From contig JAJDCO010000149.1 of the NCBI GenBank assembly GCA_029260795.1, positions 131,814 to 195,813 of the forward strand: 64,000 nt of DNA, read 5' to 3'. This document shows positions 9,932-19,165 of this stretch, one piece after another. A program made the translations under genes and the position numbers. Below the pieces are notes generated by a model. The model saw only the letters and a program-made list of their open reading frames with translations. It was not told the origin of the DNA and did not search any database. This stretch comes from Planctomycetota bacterium. GTDB lineage: Bacteria; Planctomycetota; OFTM77. The stretch's first letter is position 1, and every line of letters begins with the position of its first letter.

Positions 9932-10636
9932 TCAGCGCGAGGCCGAGATCCAGGGCGAGCGCGCGACGCGAATGCCCTCGGTCCAGACCTCGACCTGCCA
10001 GCGAATCCGAGGCGGCCATGAGGCACGCTTCTCCTCGTCGGGTTGCCAGAGCGGCTGCTCGAGATCGAGTGATCGATCGATCTCCTGTCGGGACTCGGCA
10101 TCCTGGACGATCACGCGAAATTGGCTGCCGGGCTGTGCCGGGGTCTCCCAAGAGAACGTCTCGAAGCTCGCCAGCGCACCCTCCGGCTTCAAGGCGCGGA
10201 AGCCGCCGCCGATGGTGCGCTCTTCGCGCCGCTGCTGGCGATCGCCATCGGAGTCGGTCTGTTGGGCGAGCCAGTATGCGACGGCGGCGAGGAGGATGGC
10301 CGCCGCAATCAAGCCTCCGATGGCGAGACTCGGCCAGCGCCGCGGCTCGGGGCGCGTCAGGAGCAGGTCCGTGCTGGCGCTTTGCCAGCGCCGGCGCAAC
10401 GAGTCCAGTCGATCGAGACCGGGGGCGTCCTGCTCGGTGCGGGCCTCGGCGAGGATGTCGTCCTTCAGTTGGCCGCTGTCTTCGAGCACGCCGACGACCT
10501 GCTGCAGCTCGTGCCAACGGGCGGCGAGCTCCGGCTCGGCGGCGAAGCGCTCTTGGACGGTGCTGTCGTGCTCGTCGAGGTCTCCCGCGAGGAGGTCGGC
10601 GAGCAGCGGGTCGATGTCCCGCGGCTGCGAGCTCAT
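9932..10636 (-). CDS. Anti-sigma factor (single TM helix) cognate to the upstream ECF sigma
   Basis: The start ATG overlaps the sigma gene TGA (ATGA). Central hydrophobic helix IGGLIAAAILLAAVAYWL. 234 aa. Confidence 0.55.
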   Translation of the reverse strand: MSSQPRDIDPLLADLLAGDLDEHDSTVQERFAAEPELAARWHELQQVVGVLEDSGQLKDDILAEARTEQDAPGLDRLDSLRRRWQSASTDLLLTRPEPRRWPSLAIGGLIAAAILLAAVAYWLAQQTDSDGDRQQRREERTIGGGFRALKPEGALASFETFSWETPAQPGSQFRVIVQDAESRQEIDRSLDLEQPLWQPDEEKRASWPPRIRWQVEVWTEGIRVARSPWISASR

Positions 10637-11223
10637 GACTCCCCTTCCGATCGAGTTCGGGCGAGTCGACTGCGGAGCCAGTCGATGCCTCGGTAGTAAT
10701 ACGTCTTGGCAGTGTTCGGAGAGACCTGAAGGAATCGACCGATCTCGGGAAAAGTCATCCCCTCGAGGTGCTTGAGCCGCACGACGTCGGCTTCGGGAGG
10801 TCCCAGCTCGTCGAGCCGCTCCTCGACCTCCTGATACTCGAGCGCGGTGGAGGCCACCGCCGGATCGACGCCGTCCAGCGAGCCGCCGACGAGCTTCCCC
10901 CATCGGTAGTGGTGCCGCAGCCGATTCATCAGCTCGAGGAAGCAGAAGCGGTAGGCCCAGGAATCGAGCGGGCCGGTACCCTGGAAGTGATCGAGCTTCG
11001 ACCAGATCTTGGTCAACGTCTCCTGCGCTAGATCGGCGAGGTCGGCATCCTGGAGCGCCTTGCCGAAGCGGCGATTGATGGCGGCCAAGATGCGCGGCAC
11101 GCAGCGCAGCCGCGCGAAGAGCTTCTCCATCCCGCCCGGCTCACCCCGCAGCGCGCCCTGGACGATGCGCAAGTCGTCGTGCGTCTCGGGCGCGAGCTCG
11201 GTGGGTTGAGAGCTGCGGGACAT
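10633..11223 (-). CDS. ECF (sigma-70 family, group 4) RNA polymerase sigma factor
   Basis: Region 2 (DLAQETLTKIWSKLDHF) and region 4 (LEGMTFPEIGRFLQVSPNTAKTYYYRG) motifs. Start set at the internal MSRSSQ. Confidence 0.8.
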   Translation of the reverse strand: MSRSSQPTELAPETHDDLRIVQGALRGEPGGMEKLFARLRCVPRILAAINRRFGKALQDADLADLAQETLTKIWSKLDHFQGTGPLDSWAYRFCFLELMNRLRHHYRWGKLVGGSLDGVDPAVASTALEYQEVEERLDELGPPEADVVRLKHLEGMTFPEIGRFLQVSPNTAKTYYYRGIDWLRSRLARTRSEGES

Positions 11224-11964
11224 CGTTTTGGGTCGAGGAGTGAACGAGAGCTCCGCGAGCAAAGCGGAGGGGAGCCATGTTAGCGGCTGGGCGAGATCAG
11301 CGCGATGGAATGCCGAGGGGAGTTCGAACGGCGTAGGCGTCGTGATCAGGAACCACCGAGAGCACGGGGTGCACGGAGAGAGGCCTGCCTCCCCTGAGAC
11401 CGCGGGCGGGTTGCTTGCACTTCTACAGCTGCCAAGATTTCTGCCCTCCAACTGCAAGGTTTCTCGAAGAGGCCGTTAACCCAGATAGAGAGCGTGATTC
11501 GTCCTTGCGCCTCCGTCCTGCGGTCAGCTGTCGAGGTGAGAACGATGTCGATTGCCATGTTGCGAGACTCGCGAGTTTTTTCGTTCGTGTTTCTGTGCCT
11601 GCTGATGCAGGCACCCGGCGCGTTCGGTCAAGGAGGCCTGGGCAGCTTCGCTTCGCGTTCCAGCATCTCGCGGTCTCGAGAGAACTGGACGGCTTCGCTG
11701 CGCGGACGCACTCCGCGTTCTCCCGTTTCGCGGCCGGCGACACGAGCCCACGCGTTGGGCGTCGAAGGCCCCAGTAGACCCGGAGAGCACGGGCGTCCCG
11801 CCCGCTTGCAGCGATTGTGTGGTGAGGATCGCCGCATCCTGCGCCGAACAGGATCGGCCGGTAGCGCTGGTCGATCTCGGCGAACAAGTCGGCTCGCTCG
11901 TCCTGAATGAACTGGCGCAGGAGAATCGAGGTCGTGGTGGCGTGGAACTCCATGCGGGCGCCGA

Positions 11965-12570
11965 CTACGCGTAGTAGGGAGTCGCGCCCGAAGCGTGGTC
12001 GGTCTGATCGATGATCTCGGTGATCTCCGGCACCTTGGCCTTCACTAGCGTCTCGACGCCTTGCCGCAGCGTGGCGGTCGAGCTGGAGCAGCCCTGGCAG
12101 CCGCCGCCCATGCGGATGATCAGCTTGTCGTCCGTGACGTTGACGATCTGAATGAAGCCTCCATGCGCGGCGACGGCCGGATTGATGTCCGACACGAACA
12201 CGTCCTGCACGCGCTTGAGCAGCTCGTGATTCGTCTCGGCCGTGATCTCGGGCTCGCTTCCGGCCGGCGTCGGGTTGTCCTCGGTCTCGGGCAGGTTGAA
12301 CTTGAAGCCCTCCTGGGCGCCTTGGACGACGTAGTCGACCGTTCCCTCCTCGAGGATCTGGGCGCTGCCCGGACCCAGGAGCACGGTGACCTCGCCGACC
12401 GTCAGGCTGACGTCGTCGGCCTTCTGCTCGTCAAACTGGAATCCGAACTGGTGGCGGCCACCCGCTCCGGGCGCGGCCTGGATGCGGACGGGGCGCGACT
12501 GATCTTCGGCGGCACTCTTTTGCACGATCTCACTGAGCTTGTCGCGGGCCGAGTCGGTGAACTGGAGCAT
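11965..12570 (-). CDS. nfuA: Fe-S cluster carrier NfuA (degenerate A-type carrier domain plus Nfu domain)
   Basis: C-terminal Nfu motif GGCQGCSSSTATL and ...TDHASGATPYY tail as in E. coli NfuA. 201 aa. Confidence 0.8.
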   Translation of the reverse strand: MLQFTDSARDKLSEIVQKSAAEDQSRPVRIQAAPGAGGRHQFGFQFDEQKADDVSLTVGEVTVLLGPGSAQILEEGTVDYVVQGAQEGFKFNLPETEDNPTPAGSEPEITAETNHELLKRVQDVFVSDINPAVAAHGGFIQIVNVTDDKLIIRMGGGCQGCSSSTATLRQGVETLVKAKVPEITEIIDQTDHASGATPYYA

Positions 12571-12593
12571 GACGCTGCTTCCTCTATTGAGAA

Positions 12594-13241
12594 CTAGTAT
12601 TCGGAAGTCGGTGGAACGGGCGAGGTCGCCGGGCCGGCCTCGGAAGCGTAGTACGGGTTCTCGCCACGGTCATGATCGGTCAGATCGGTGATGGTGTGAA
12701 TCTCGGGTGCCTGAGCTTTGACCAAGGTTTCGACGCCCCGGCGAAGCGTGGCTGTCGAGCTCGCGCAGCCCTGGCAACCGCCACCCATGCGAATGAAGAG
12801 CTCGTCGCCGATCACGTTGACGAGCTGGATGAATCCACCATGAGCCGCGACCGCCGGATTGATGTGGTCTACGAACACCTGCTGCACCTTCTGGAGAAGT
12901 GGGTGGTCGGTCTCTGCAGTCGGCTCGGGCGGCGGTGCCTTGGGCGCGTTCGGGTCGGGTGGCAGAAGGAACTGGAAGGCACCCGCGCGGCGTCCCTTTT
13001 CGGCGAAGTGGATCTTCGCTCCCTTCAGAATCTCTGCGCTCTCCGCATCCAGCACGACTTGCACCCGCTCGAGGTCGATGGCGAGGTCGCTCTCCTGGGG
13101 CACATCGAAGTCGAGGTTGTATCGAGGGCCGCTCGCGCCCATTTGAGCCCGGACGCGGATCGCCTTGGCTTGATCCTCGGGCTCGGCGACGGCGGCGATC
13201 TCGAAGAGCTTGCGGCGAGCAGCTTCGGTGAACTCGATCAT
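12594..13241 (-). CDS. nfuA: Fe-S cluster carrier NfuA, tandem paralog
   Basis: GGCQGCASSTATL and TDHDRGENPYY. About 45% identical to the adjacent copy. 215 aa. Confidence 0.8.
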   Translation of the reverse strand: MIEFTEAARRKLFEIAAVAEPEDQAKAIRVRAQMGASGPRYNLDFDVPQESDLAIDLERVQVVLDAESAEILKGAKIHFAEKGRRAGAFQFLLPPDPNAPKAPPPEPTAETDHPLLQKVQQVFVDHINPAVAAHGGFIQLVNVIGDELFIRMGGGCQGCASSTATLRRGVETLVKAQAPEIHTITDLTDHDRGENPYYASEAGPATSPVPPTSEY

Positions 13242-13373
13242 GTCAGGAGCTTGTGCCAGGGAACGGGACTCGGGATTGGAACGACCTCGGCGCGGATTCT
13301 AGCACTGAGCCGGTCGAGGTGCTCGCCACCACAAGTCAGGAATCCCGGCGGCCGCCCCCGATGTCGGCCGCTC

Positions 13374-15650
13374 TCAGGCCTCTTGGCTTCGGAGCTGATT
13401 CAGCGCCGAGCCGGCCTCGAACCAGCCGATCTGCTCTTCGTTGAGCGTGTGGCGAAGAGTCACCTCGTGAGTCGAGCCGTCCTCGTGATGGATCGTCGCC
13501 TTCACCGGCTTGCCCGGTGCCAGCTCGGCCAGGCCGTGCAGGCTGATGCGATCGGTCTCCTGGACGAGGTCGTAGTCGGCCGGGTTCTCGAAGGTCAGCG
13601 GTAGGACGCCCTGCTTCTTGAGGTTGGTCTCGTGGATGCGCGCGAAGCTGCGCACGACGATCGCCGCGGCACCGAGATGCCGGGGCTCCATCGCCGCATG
13701 CTCGCGGCTCGAGCCTTCACCGTAGTTCTCGTCGCCGACGACCACCCACTGGAGGCCCTTGGCCTTGTAGCTGCGTGCGATGTCGGAGAAGGCCTGACCG
13801 GTCTCCCCGGTTTCGAGGTTGCGGCCTTTGCCGGTATCGCCGGTGAAGGCGTTCGCCGCTCCGATGAACATGTTGTCGGAGATTCTGTCGATGTGTCCGC
13901 GGAAGCGCAGCCAGGGTCCGGCCGGCGAGATGTGGTCGGTCGTGCACTTGCCGCGCGCCTTCAAGAGAAGCGGCAGCTTCTCGACGTCTTGCCGGTTCCA
14001 GGGCGCGAAGGGCTCGAGGATCTGAAGCCGCTCGCTCTTCGGGTCGACCGTGATCCTCACCGAGGAGCCGTCGGCAGCAGGCGGCACAAAGCCGTCCTCG
14101 CCGGCCTCGAAGGAATCGGCCGGGAGCTCGGGCGCCGGCTTGGGCGCTTCGAGCATGTAGGTCGAGCCGTCGTCGGCGGTGATCGGATCGGTCAAGGGGT
14201 TGAACGACAGCCGACCGGCCAGGCCATAGGCCATGACGATCTCGGGGCTGGCAATGAAGGCGAGCGTGGCGCGATTGCCATCGTTTCGGCGCGGGAAGTT
14301 GCGGTTGAAGGACGTCAAGATCGAGTTGGCTTCGCCCTCTTGGATCTCGTCGCGCTTCCATTGACCGATGCAGGGGCCGCAGGCGTTGGCGAGGACTTGG
14401 GCACCGACCTTGGAGAGCTTCTCGAGCTGACCGTCGCGCTCGATGGTGGCGCGGATCTGCTCGGAGCCCGGTGTCACGAGTAGCGGGATGTCCATCTTGT
14501 CGTGATGGGCGGTCGCCTGCTCGGCGACGTCGGTGGCGCGCGCGATGTCCTCGTAGGAGGAGTTGGTGCAGCTTCCGATGAGGGCGACGGAGATCTTGTC
14601 GGGGTAGCCATTCTCCTGCACGTCCTTCGCCATCTGTGAGATGGGACGTGCGAGGTCAGGCGTGTGCGGACCAACGATGTGCGGCTCGAGCGTCGAGAGA
14701 TCGATCTCGACCACCAGCTCGTAGTACTTCTCGGGGTTCTTCTCGACTTCGGGATCGGCGGTGAGCAACGCGCGATGCTTCTCGGCGAGCGTCGCAAGCT
14801 CGGCGCGATCGGTACCGCGGAGGTACTTCGCCATGCGATCGTCGAAGGGGAAGATCGAGGTCGTGGCGCCTAGCTCGGCGCCCATGTTGGTGATCGTGCC
14901 CTTGCCGGTGCAGCTGATCGAAGCCACGCCGGGACCGAAGTACTCGACGATGCGGTTGGTACCGCCCTTGACCGTCAGGATACTGAGCAGCTTGAGGATG
15001 ACGTCCTTGGGGGCGGTCCAGCCCTGGAGCTCACCGGTGAGCTTCACGCCGACGGTGTTGGGCTGCAGCACCTCCCAGGGGAAGCCCGCGATGACGTCGA
15101 CGGCGTCGGCGCCACCCACACCACAGGCGATCATGCCCAGGCCGCCCGCGTTCGGCGTGTGGGAGTCGGTGCCGATCATCAAGCCGCCTGGGAAGGCGTA
15201 CTTCTCGAGCACGACCTGGTGGATGATGCCGGCTCCCGGCTTCCAGAAGCCGATGCCGTAGCGCTGGGAGACCGTGCTCAGGAAGTCGTAGACCTCCTTG
15301 TTGTTGACGCTGGCGGTCGCGAGGTCCGCCGCCGCGCTGATGTGCGCTTGGATGAGGTGGTCGCAGTGAACGGTCGTCGGAACGGCGACTTGCTGGCGAC
15401 CGGCCTGCATGAACTGGAGCAGCGCCATCTGAGCCGTGGCATCCTGCATCGCGACGCGATCCGGACGGAGCATGAGATAGGCGGAGCCGGCGTCGATGTC
15501 CTGGCCCTTCGGGTCGTCGAGGTGTCCCAGCACGATCTTCTCGGCCAGGTTCAACGGGCGTCCGAGGCGCTCACGCACGATCGCGAGGTTGGCCTCGAGG
15601 CGCTCGTACACTCCGCGAACGAACTCGGGGGTGGAATCGATGCTCTCCAT
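13374..15650 (-). CDS. acn: Aconitate hydratase (mitochondrial-type aconitase family, about 760 aa)
   Basis: Aconitase Fe-S ligand region (IGSCTNSS...ACGPCIGQW) and swivel domain. Start placed at the second Met (MESIDS), which is preceded by AAGGGAG; the alternative start is 15668. Confidence 0.85.
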   Translation of the reverse strand: MESIDSTPEFVRGVYERLEANLAIVRERLGRPLNLAEKIVLGHLDDPKGQDIDAGSAYLMLRPDRVAMQDATAQMALLQFMQAGRQQVAVPTTVHCDHLIQAHISAAADLATASVNNKEVYDFLSTVSQRYGIGFWKPGAGIIHQVVLEKYAFPGGLMIGTDSHTPNAGGLGMIACGVGGADAVDVIAGFPWEVLQPNTVGVKLTGELQGWTAPKDVILKLLSILTVKGGTNRIVEYFGPGVASISCTGKGTITNMGAELGATTSIFPFDDRMAKYLRGTDRAELATLAEKHRALLTADPEVEKNPEKYYELVVEIDLSTLEPHIVGPHTPDLARPISQMAKDVQENGYPDKISVALIGSCTNSSYEDIARATDVAEQATAHHDKMDIPLLVTPGSEQIRATIERDGQLEKLSKVGAQVLANACGPCIGQWKRDEIQEGEANSILTSFNRNFPRRNDGNRATLAFIASPEIVMAYGLAGRLSFNPLTDPITADDGSTYMLEAPKPAPELPADSFEAGEDGFVPPAADGSSVRITVDPKSERLQILEPFAPWNRQDVEKLPLLLKARGKCTTDHISPAGPWLRFRGHIDRISDNMFIGAANAFTGDTGKGRNLETGETGQAFSDIARSYKAKGLQWVVVGDENYGEGSSREHAAMEPRHLGAAAIVVRSFARIHETNLKKQGVLPLTFENPADYDLVQETDRISLHGLAELAPGKPVKATIHHEDGSTHEVTLRHTLNEEQIGWFEAGSALNQLRSQEA

Positions 15651-16045
15651 CTGGGTGCTCCCTTTCATGCTCGAGACGCCGGGCGAACGACCCCTGCCGG
15701 GGTGGTGTCCAAACCATGATTATACCCTCGACCCGGACGCACCGAAACGCACCGGCCGAAGAGAGCACGATCGGTCGCCGATCTGACGCTTCGAGGGGCG
15801 ACTCTTCCAAGGGACCGTCCTCGCGGTCGACGGCGGATCCGTCCAGGGAGCGGGTTGACCGAGACTTCGTGGGGTCTCTCCTCTCTCTCCATTCGGGCGA
15901 TCTCGAGCTCGGCCTTGACCGTGGCGCGGCGTCTCTCGTCACGGGGACCTCGGTGGACGGCCCTGTTCGCGCTAGCGTCCGGCGCTGCCAGCCGGTAAAC
16001 CTTGGGGTCGGCTGGCACGGAAACGCCCTTCGAGAGGAGACTCAA

Positions 16046-17296
16046 ATGATTCGCTTCGTCGTCGCCTTCGTGGTCTGTCTGGGCGGCTTGGCCGCATTCC
16101 AAGTCGCGACCGAGGATGTCGGACCGGCCACCGGTCCTCAGTGGTTCCGTGGCAACACCCATGCGCACACGCTCTGGAGTGACGGCAATGCCGCGCCCGA
16201 GTGGGTGTCGGCTTGGTACGTCGAGAACGACTACGACTTTCTCGCGCTCAGCGACCACAACATCCTGTCGACGGGCGAGCGTTGGTTCCCGATCAAGCCC
16301 GAGAGCCGCCTTACGCCGGAGCTGGTCGATCAGCTCGCGGAGAAGTTCGGCGACGATTGGGTCGTTCAACGCCCCGGCGACCAGCCGAAGATGCGGCTCA
16401 AGACACTCGACGAGCTGCGGGCGCATTTTGAAAGGCCGGGCGAGTTCCTGTTCATCCAAGGCGAGGAGATCACGGGCGACTTTCAAGGCGCCCCCGTCCA
16501 CGTGAACGGCGTCCACCTCGCCGAGCTCATCAAGCCACGGACCGGTGCGTCACTGCGCGAGACGATGCAGAACAGCGTCGACGCCGTGATCGAGCAGAGT
16601 CGTCGCGTCGGGCGGCCCATGCTCGCGCACATCAATCATCCGAATTTCCAATGGGCGATGACACCCGAGGACGTCGCCTCGATCCGAGGCGAACGCTTCT
16701 TCGAGGTCTACAACGGCCACTCAGGCGTCCGCAATTACGGTGACGCCGAGCACGCGAGCATGGAGCAGCTCTGGGACCGCGCGCTGACGCTTCGACTCAC
16801 CGAGCTCGACCTCGGGCTGCTCTTCGGTGTCGCGACCGACGACTCGCACGAGTACTACCGCTATGGTGTCGGCCTCACCAACCCGGGCCGCGGCTGGGTG
16901 ATGGTCTGGGCCGAGTCGCTGGACGCCGATCAGATCGTCTCGGCGATGCGTCGAGGCGACTTCTATGCCTCGAGCGGCGTGACCTTGAAGAGCACGAGCG
17001 CCTCACCGACGGAGTTGGAGATCGAGATCGAGGGCGAGCAAGGCGTCAGCTATGTGACGCGCTTCATCGGCACGCGTCGCAGCGGCGACGGGCCCGGCGA
17101 GGTCGGCGAGGTGCTCGCCGAGGTGAAGGGCGCGACGGCCGCCTATCGGTTCAAAGGCGACGAGCTCTACGTGCGCGCGACCGTGCTCTCGTCCAAGAAT
17201 CACCCCAACCCGTTCGCGAAGGGCGACGTCGAGACGGCCTGGGTGCAACCGGTGATCCCGGGTACGACGGCAACCCGTGAGATCGGCGTGCGGTAG
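16046..17296 (+). CDS. Secreted PHP-domain metallohydrolase (CehA/McbA family)
   Basis: FRGNTHAHTLWSDG ... DFLALSDHN PHP motifs. Signal peptide MIRFVVAFVVCLGGLAAFQVA. RBS GAGGAGA upstream of the ATG at 16046. Confidence 0.7.
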   Translation: MIRFVVAFVVCLGGLAAFQVATEDVGPATGPQWFRGNTHAHTLWSDGNAAPEWVSAWYVENDYDFLALSDHNILSTGERWFPIKPESRLTPELVDQLAEKFGDDWVVQRPGDQPKMRLKTLDELRAHFERPGEFLFIQGEEITGDFQGAPVHVNGVHLAELIKPRTGASLRETMQNSVDAVIEQSRRVGRPMLAHINHPNFQWAMTPEDVASIRGERFFEVYNGHSGVRNYGDAEHASMEQLWDRALTLRLTELDLGLLFGVATDDSHEYYRYGVGLTNPGRGWVMVWAESLDADQIVSAMRRGDFYASSGVTLKSTSASPTELEIEIEGEQGVSYVTRFIGTRRSGDGPGEVGEVLAEVKGATAAYRFKGDELYVRATVLSSKNHPNPFAKGDVETAWVQPVIPGTTATREIGVR

Positions 17297-17462
17297 CAGA
17301 GGAGTGCGTCCGCGCGAGGATGCGGGCGGGACGCAAGCGGTCCGTGCGCCGATCGCGCCCCTTCAAGGGCGGCCAGTACGCCCGGTGCCCAATAGGGCTA
17401 TCCTCGGAGGGATGGGAGTGCGTCCGCGGAGCGATGCCGGCCCAATCGGGGCGTCACCATCG

Positions 17463-18386
17463 TCACTCGCCGCGCAATCGCTCCGCCAGCTCCTGCAACG
17501 CCGACAGCAACGGTAGCCCGGTGCGATCGATGACGGGGTTGCTCGGGTCGAGGAAGCTCGTCAACCGATACCGCGCATCGCGCGGCTCGACGTCCTCTTG
17601 CCACTTGAAGGTCAATGTCCCGACAGGGCGGCCGTCACGGCTCAGGTCGATCGCCAGCTCCTCGACGACCTTCGAGTCGGGGCGCGTGTGCAGTCGCACG
17701 CCCGAGCTCGGCCGCACCGAGCCGGGCCGCGGTGTGCCCACCAGAGCCTGGCGTCCGTCAGCGCGCTCCTCGAGCTCGAGCTCGAAGTCGAGGTCCAGCG
17801 ACTCCAGCACGCGCTGCAGATCGAGCGTTCGCAGGTCCGCGATGCGCTCGAGCACGCGGTTGCGAGTCTCCTCCGAGGACACGCGGATGCCGAACTGCCC
17901 TGGCACGGCGGCCCACAGCCCCGTATCCACTCCCTCGCTGCCCCAAACGAGCCATCGACCGTCGGTCTCGGGCTCGACGACGAAGCGGTCGCCGGCCGTC
18001 GTCAGTCGCGCTGAATGTCGCGCCACGAAGCGGAGAAGCAGCGGGCTCTCGGCGTTTGGCTCGAAGCTCACTTCATAGACTCGATCGACCGGCAGACGAT
18101 GCGCATGCAGGATCTCGCGAACGGCGGCCGCGGCCGATCCCGGGCCGGTACCCATGATCCAGAGCGTCAGCAAGAGGGACGCGACAATGAGGCTGCCGGC
18201 GATGGCGAGCCAACGGCGTGGCTTCGGTGTAGGGCGCGGGAGCTCAGGGTCACTCGGCTCGGTGGCGAGGCGATGTTGAACCCGGGCCAGCAACGCCGCG
18301 CCATCGATCGCGGACCGGCGGCGGAGCAGGTGCTCGCCGACGAGCTCTTCAGCTCTTCGCTCGCGCCGTTCGTCGGAGGAGCTCAT
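17463..18386 (-). CDS. Anti-sigma factor (single TM helix), cognate to the ECF sigma at 18383..18910
   Basis: ATGA overlap with the sigma gene. TM helix WLAIAGSLIVASLLLTLWIM. 307 aa. Confidence 0.5.
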   Translation of the reverse strand: MSSSDERRERRAEELVGEHLLRRRSAIDGAALLARVQHRLATEPSDPELPRPTPKPRRWLAIAGSLIVASLLLTLWIMGTGPGSAAAAVREILHAHRLPVDRVYEVSFEPNAESPLLLRFVARHSARLTTAGDRFVVEPETDGRWLVWGSEGVDTGLWAAVPGQFGIRVSSEETRNRVLERIADLRTLDLQRVLESLDLDFELELEERADGRQALVGTPRPGSVRPSSGVRLHTRPDSKVVEELAIDLSRDGRPVGTLTFKWQEDVEPRDARYRLTSFLDPSNPVIDRTGLPLLSALQELAERLRGE

Positions 18387-18910
18387 TCCTTCACCTCGTC
18401 GAGATAGGGTTCGAGAGCCCTTGCCACTGCTCGTCGAGCGCGGTGAAGCAAGACGCGCACGTGGTTTCGCTTCAGACCGACCGACCGCGCGATGTCCGGG
18501 ATCTCCCAGCCGGTCGCGCTCAGGTGGAACACCTCCCGCTGGGGAAGCGGCAGGGCTTCCAACGCTCGCTCGACGAGCTCGCCCAGCTCGGTCGCGGCCA
18601 GGCTCTCCAGCGGGTCACAATCGCCCCGTCGATCCTCCAGCTCCCAGGGGCCTTGCCCACCGGTGTCCGCATCGAGGCTGACGACTGGCCGGCGGCGCGT
18701 GACCCAATTGCGGCACTTGTTGGTGACCGCCGTGAAGAGCAGCTTCGTGCCGTCGCGCTCCAAGTCATAGCGATCGCGATGCCGCAGCAGCGCGCAGAGC
18801 GCGTCCTGGACCAGGTCCTCGGCGACGGAGCGGTTGCGAATCAGCGAGATCGCATAGCTCACGGCGCGCGGTCCGGTGGTCAGGACCCATTGCTCGATCC
18901 ACTCGTTCAA
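18383..18910 (-). CDS. ECF sigma factor
   Basis: Region 2 (DLVQDALCALLRHRDRYD) and region 4 (LSATGWEIPDIARSVGLKRNHVRVLLHRAR). 175 aa. Confidence 0.8.
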   Translation of the reverse strand: MNEWIEQWVLTTGPRAVSYAISLIRNRSVAEDLVQDALCALLRHRDRYDLERDGTKLLFTAVTNKCRNWVTRRRPVVSLDADTGGQGPWELEDRRGDCDPLESLAATELGELVERALEALPLPQREVFHLSATGWEIPDIARSVGLKRNHVRVLLHRARRAVARALEPYLDEVKE

Positions 18911-19165
18911 ACGGCTCTCTCATGTCGGGGCAAGTCGGGGCGACGGGCTCGAGAACCCACTTCCCTTGTCGGCATTACAGAAGAAATCTCCCGAGCCGGA
19001 GATCGCATGGCCGCTGTAACGCGGCCCGCGGTGTGGGGTTTCCCCCGGCATGCCTCGAGCCGCGCCGAGCACCCGGTGACCATCCTTGCCCCCAACCCGG
19101 GGCAGCGAACCCGAGCGACCGCCGGAGCGAGCTCAAAACCACCTTTCCCTCTCTCGGAGGTTCTC

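Noticed and set aside
11494-11910. 138-aa + strand ORF with a signal-peptide-like start (MSIAMLRDSRVFSFVFLCLLMQAPGAFG)
   Set aside because: After about 30 codons the translation becomes Arg/Ser-rich junk with poor GC3 and overlaps the REP-core copy. It is mentioned within the 11224-11964 finding only.
18443-19165. 5' extension of the 602-aa ORF
   Set aside because: Overlaps the ECF sigma gene on the other strand. An internal ATG with GGAGG and a signal peptide gives a better start at 19166.
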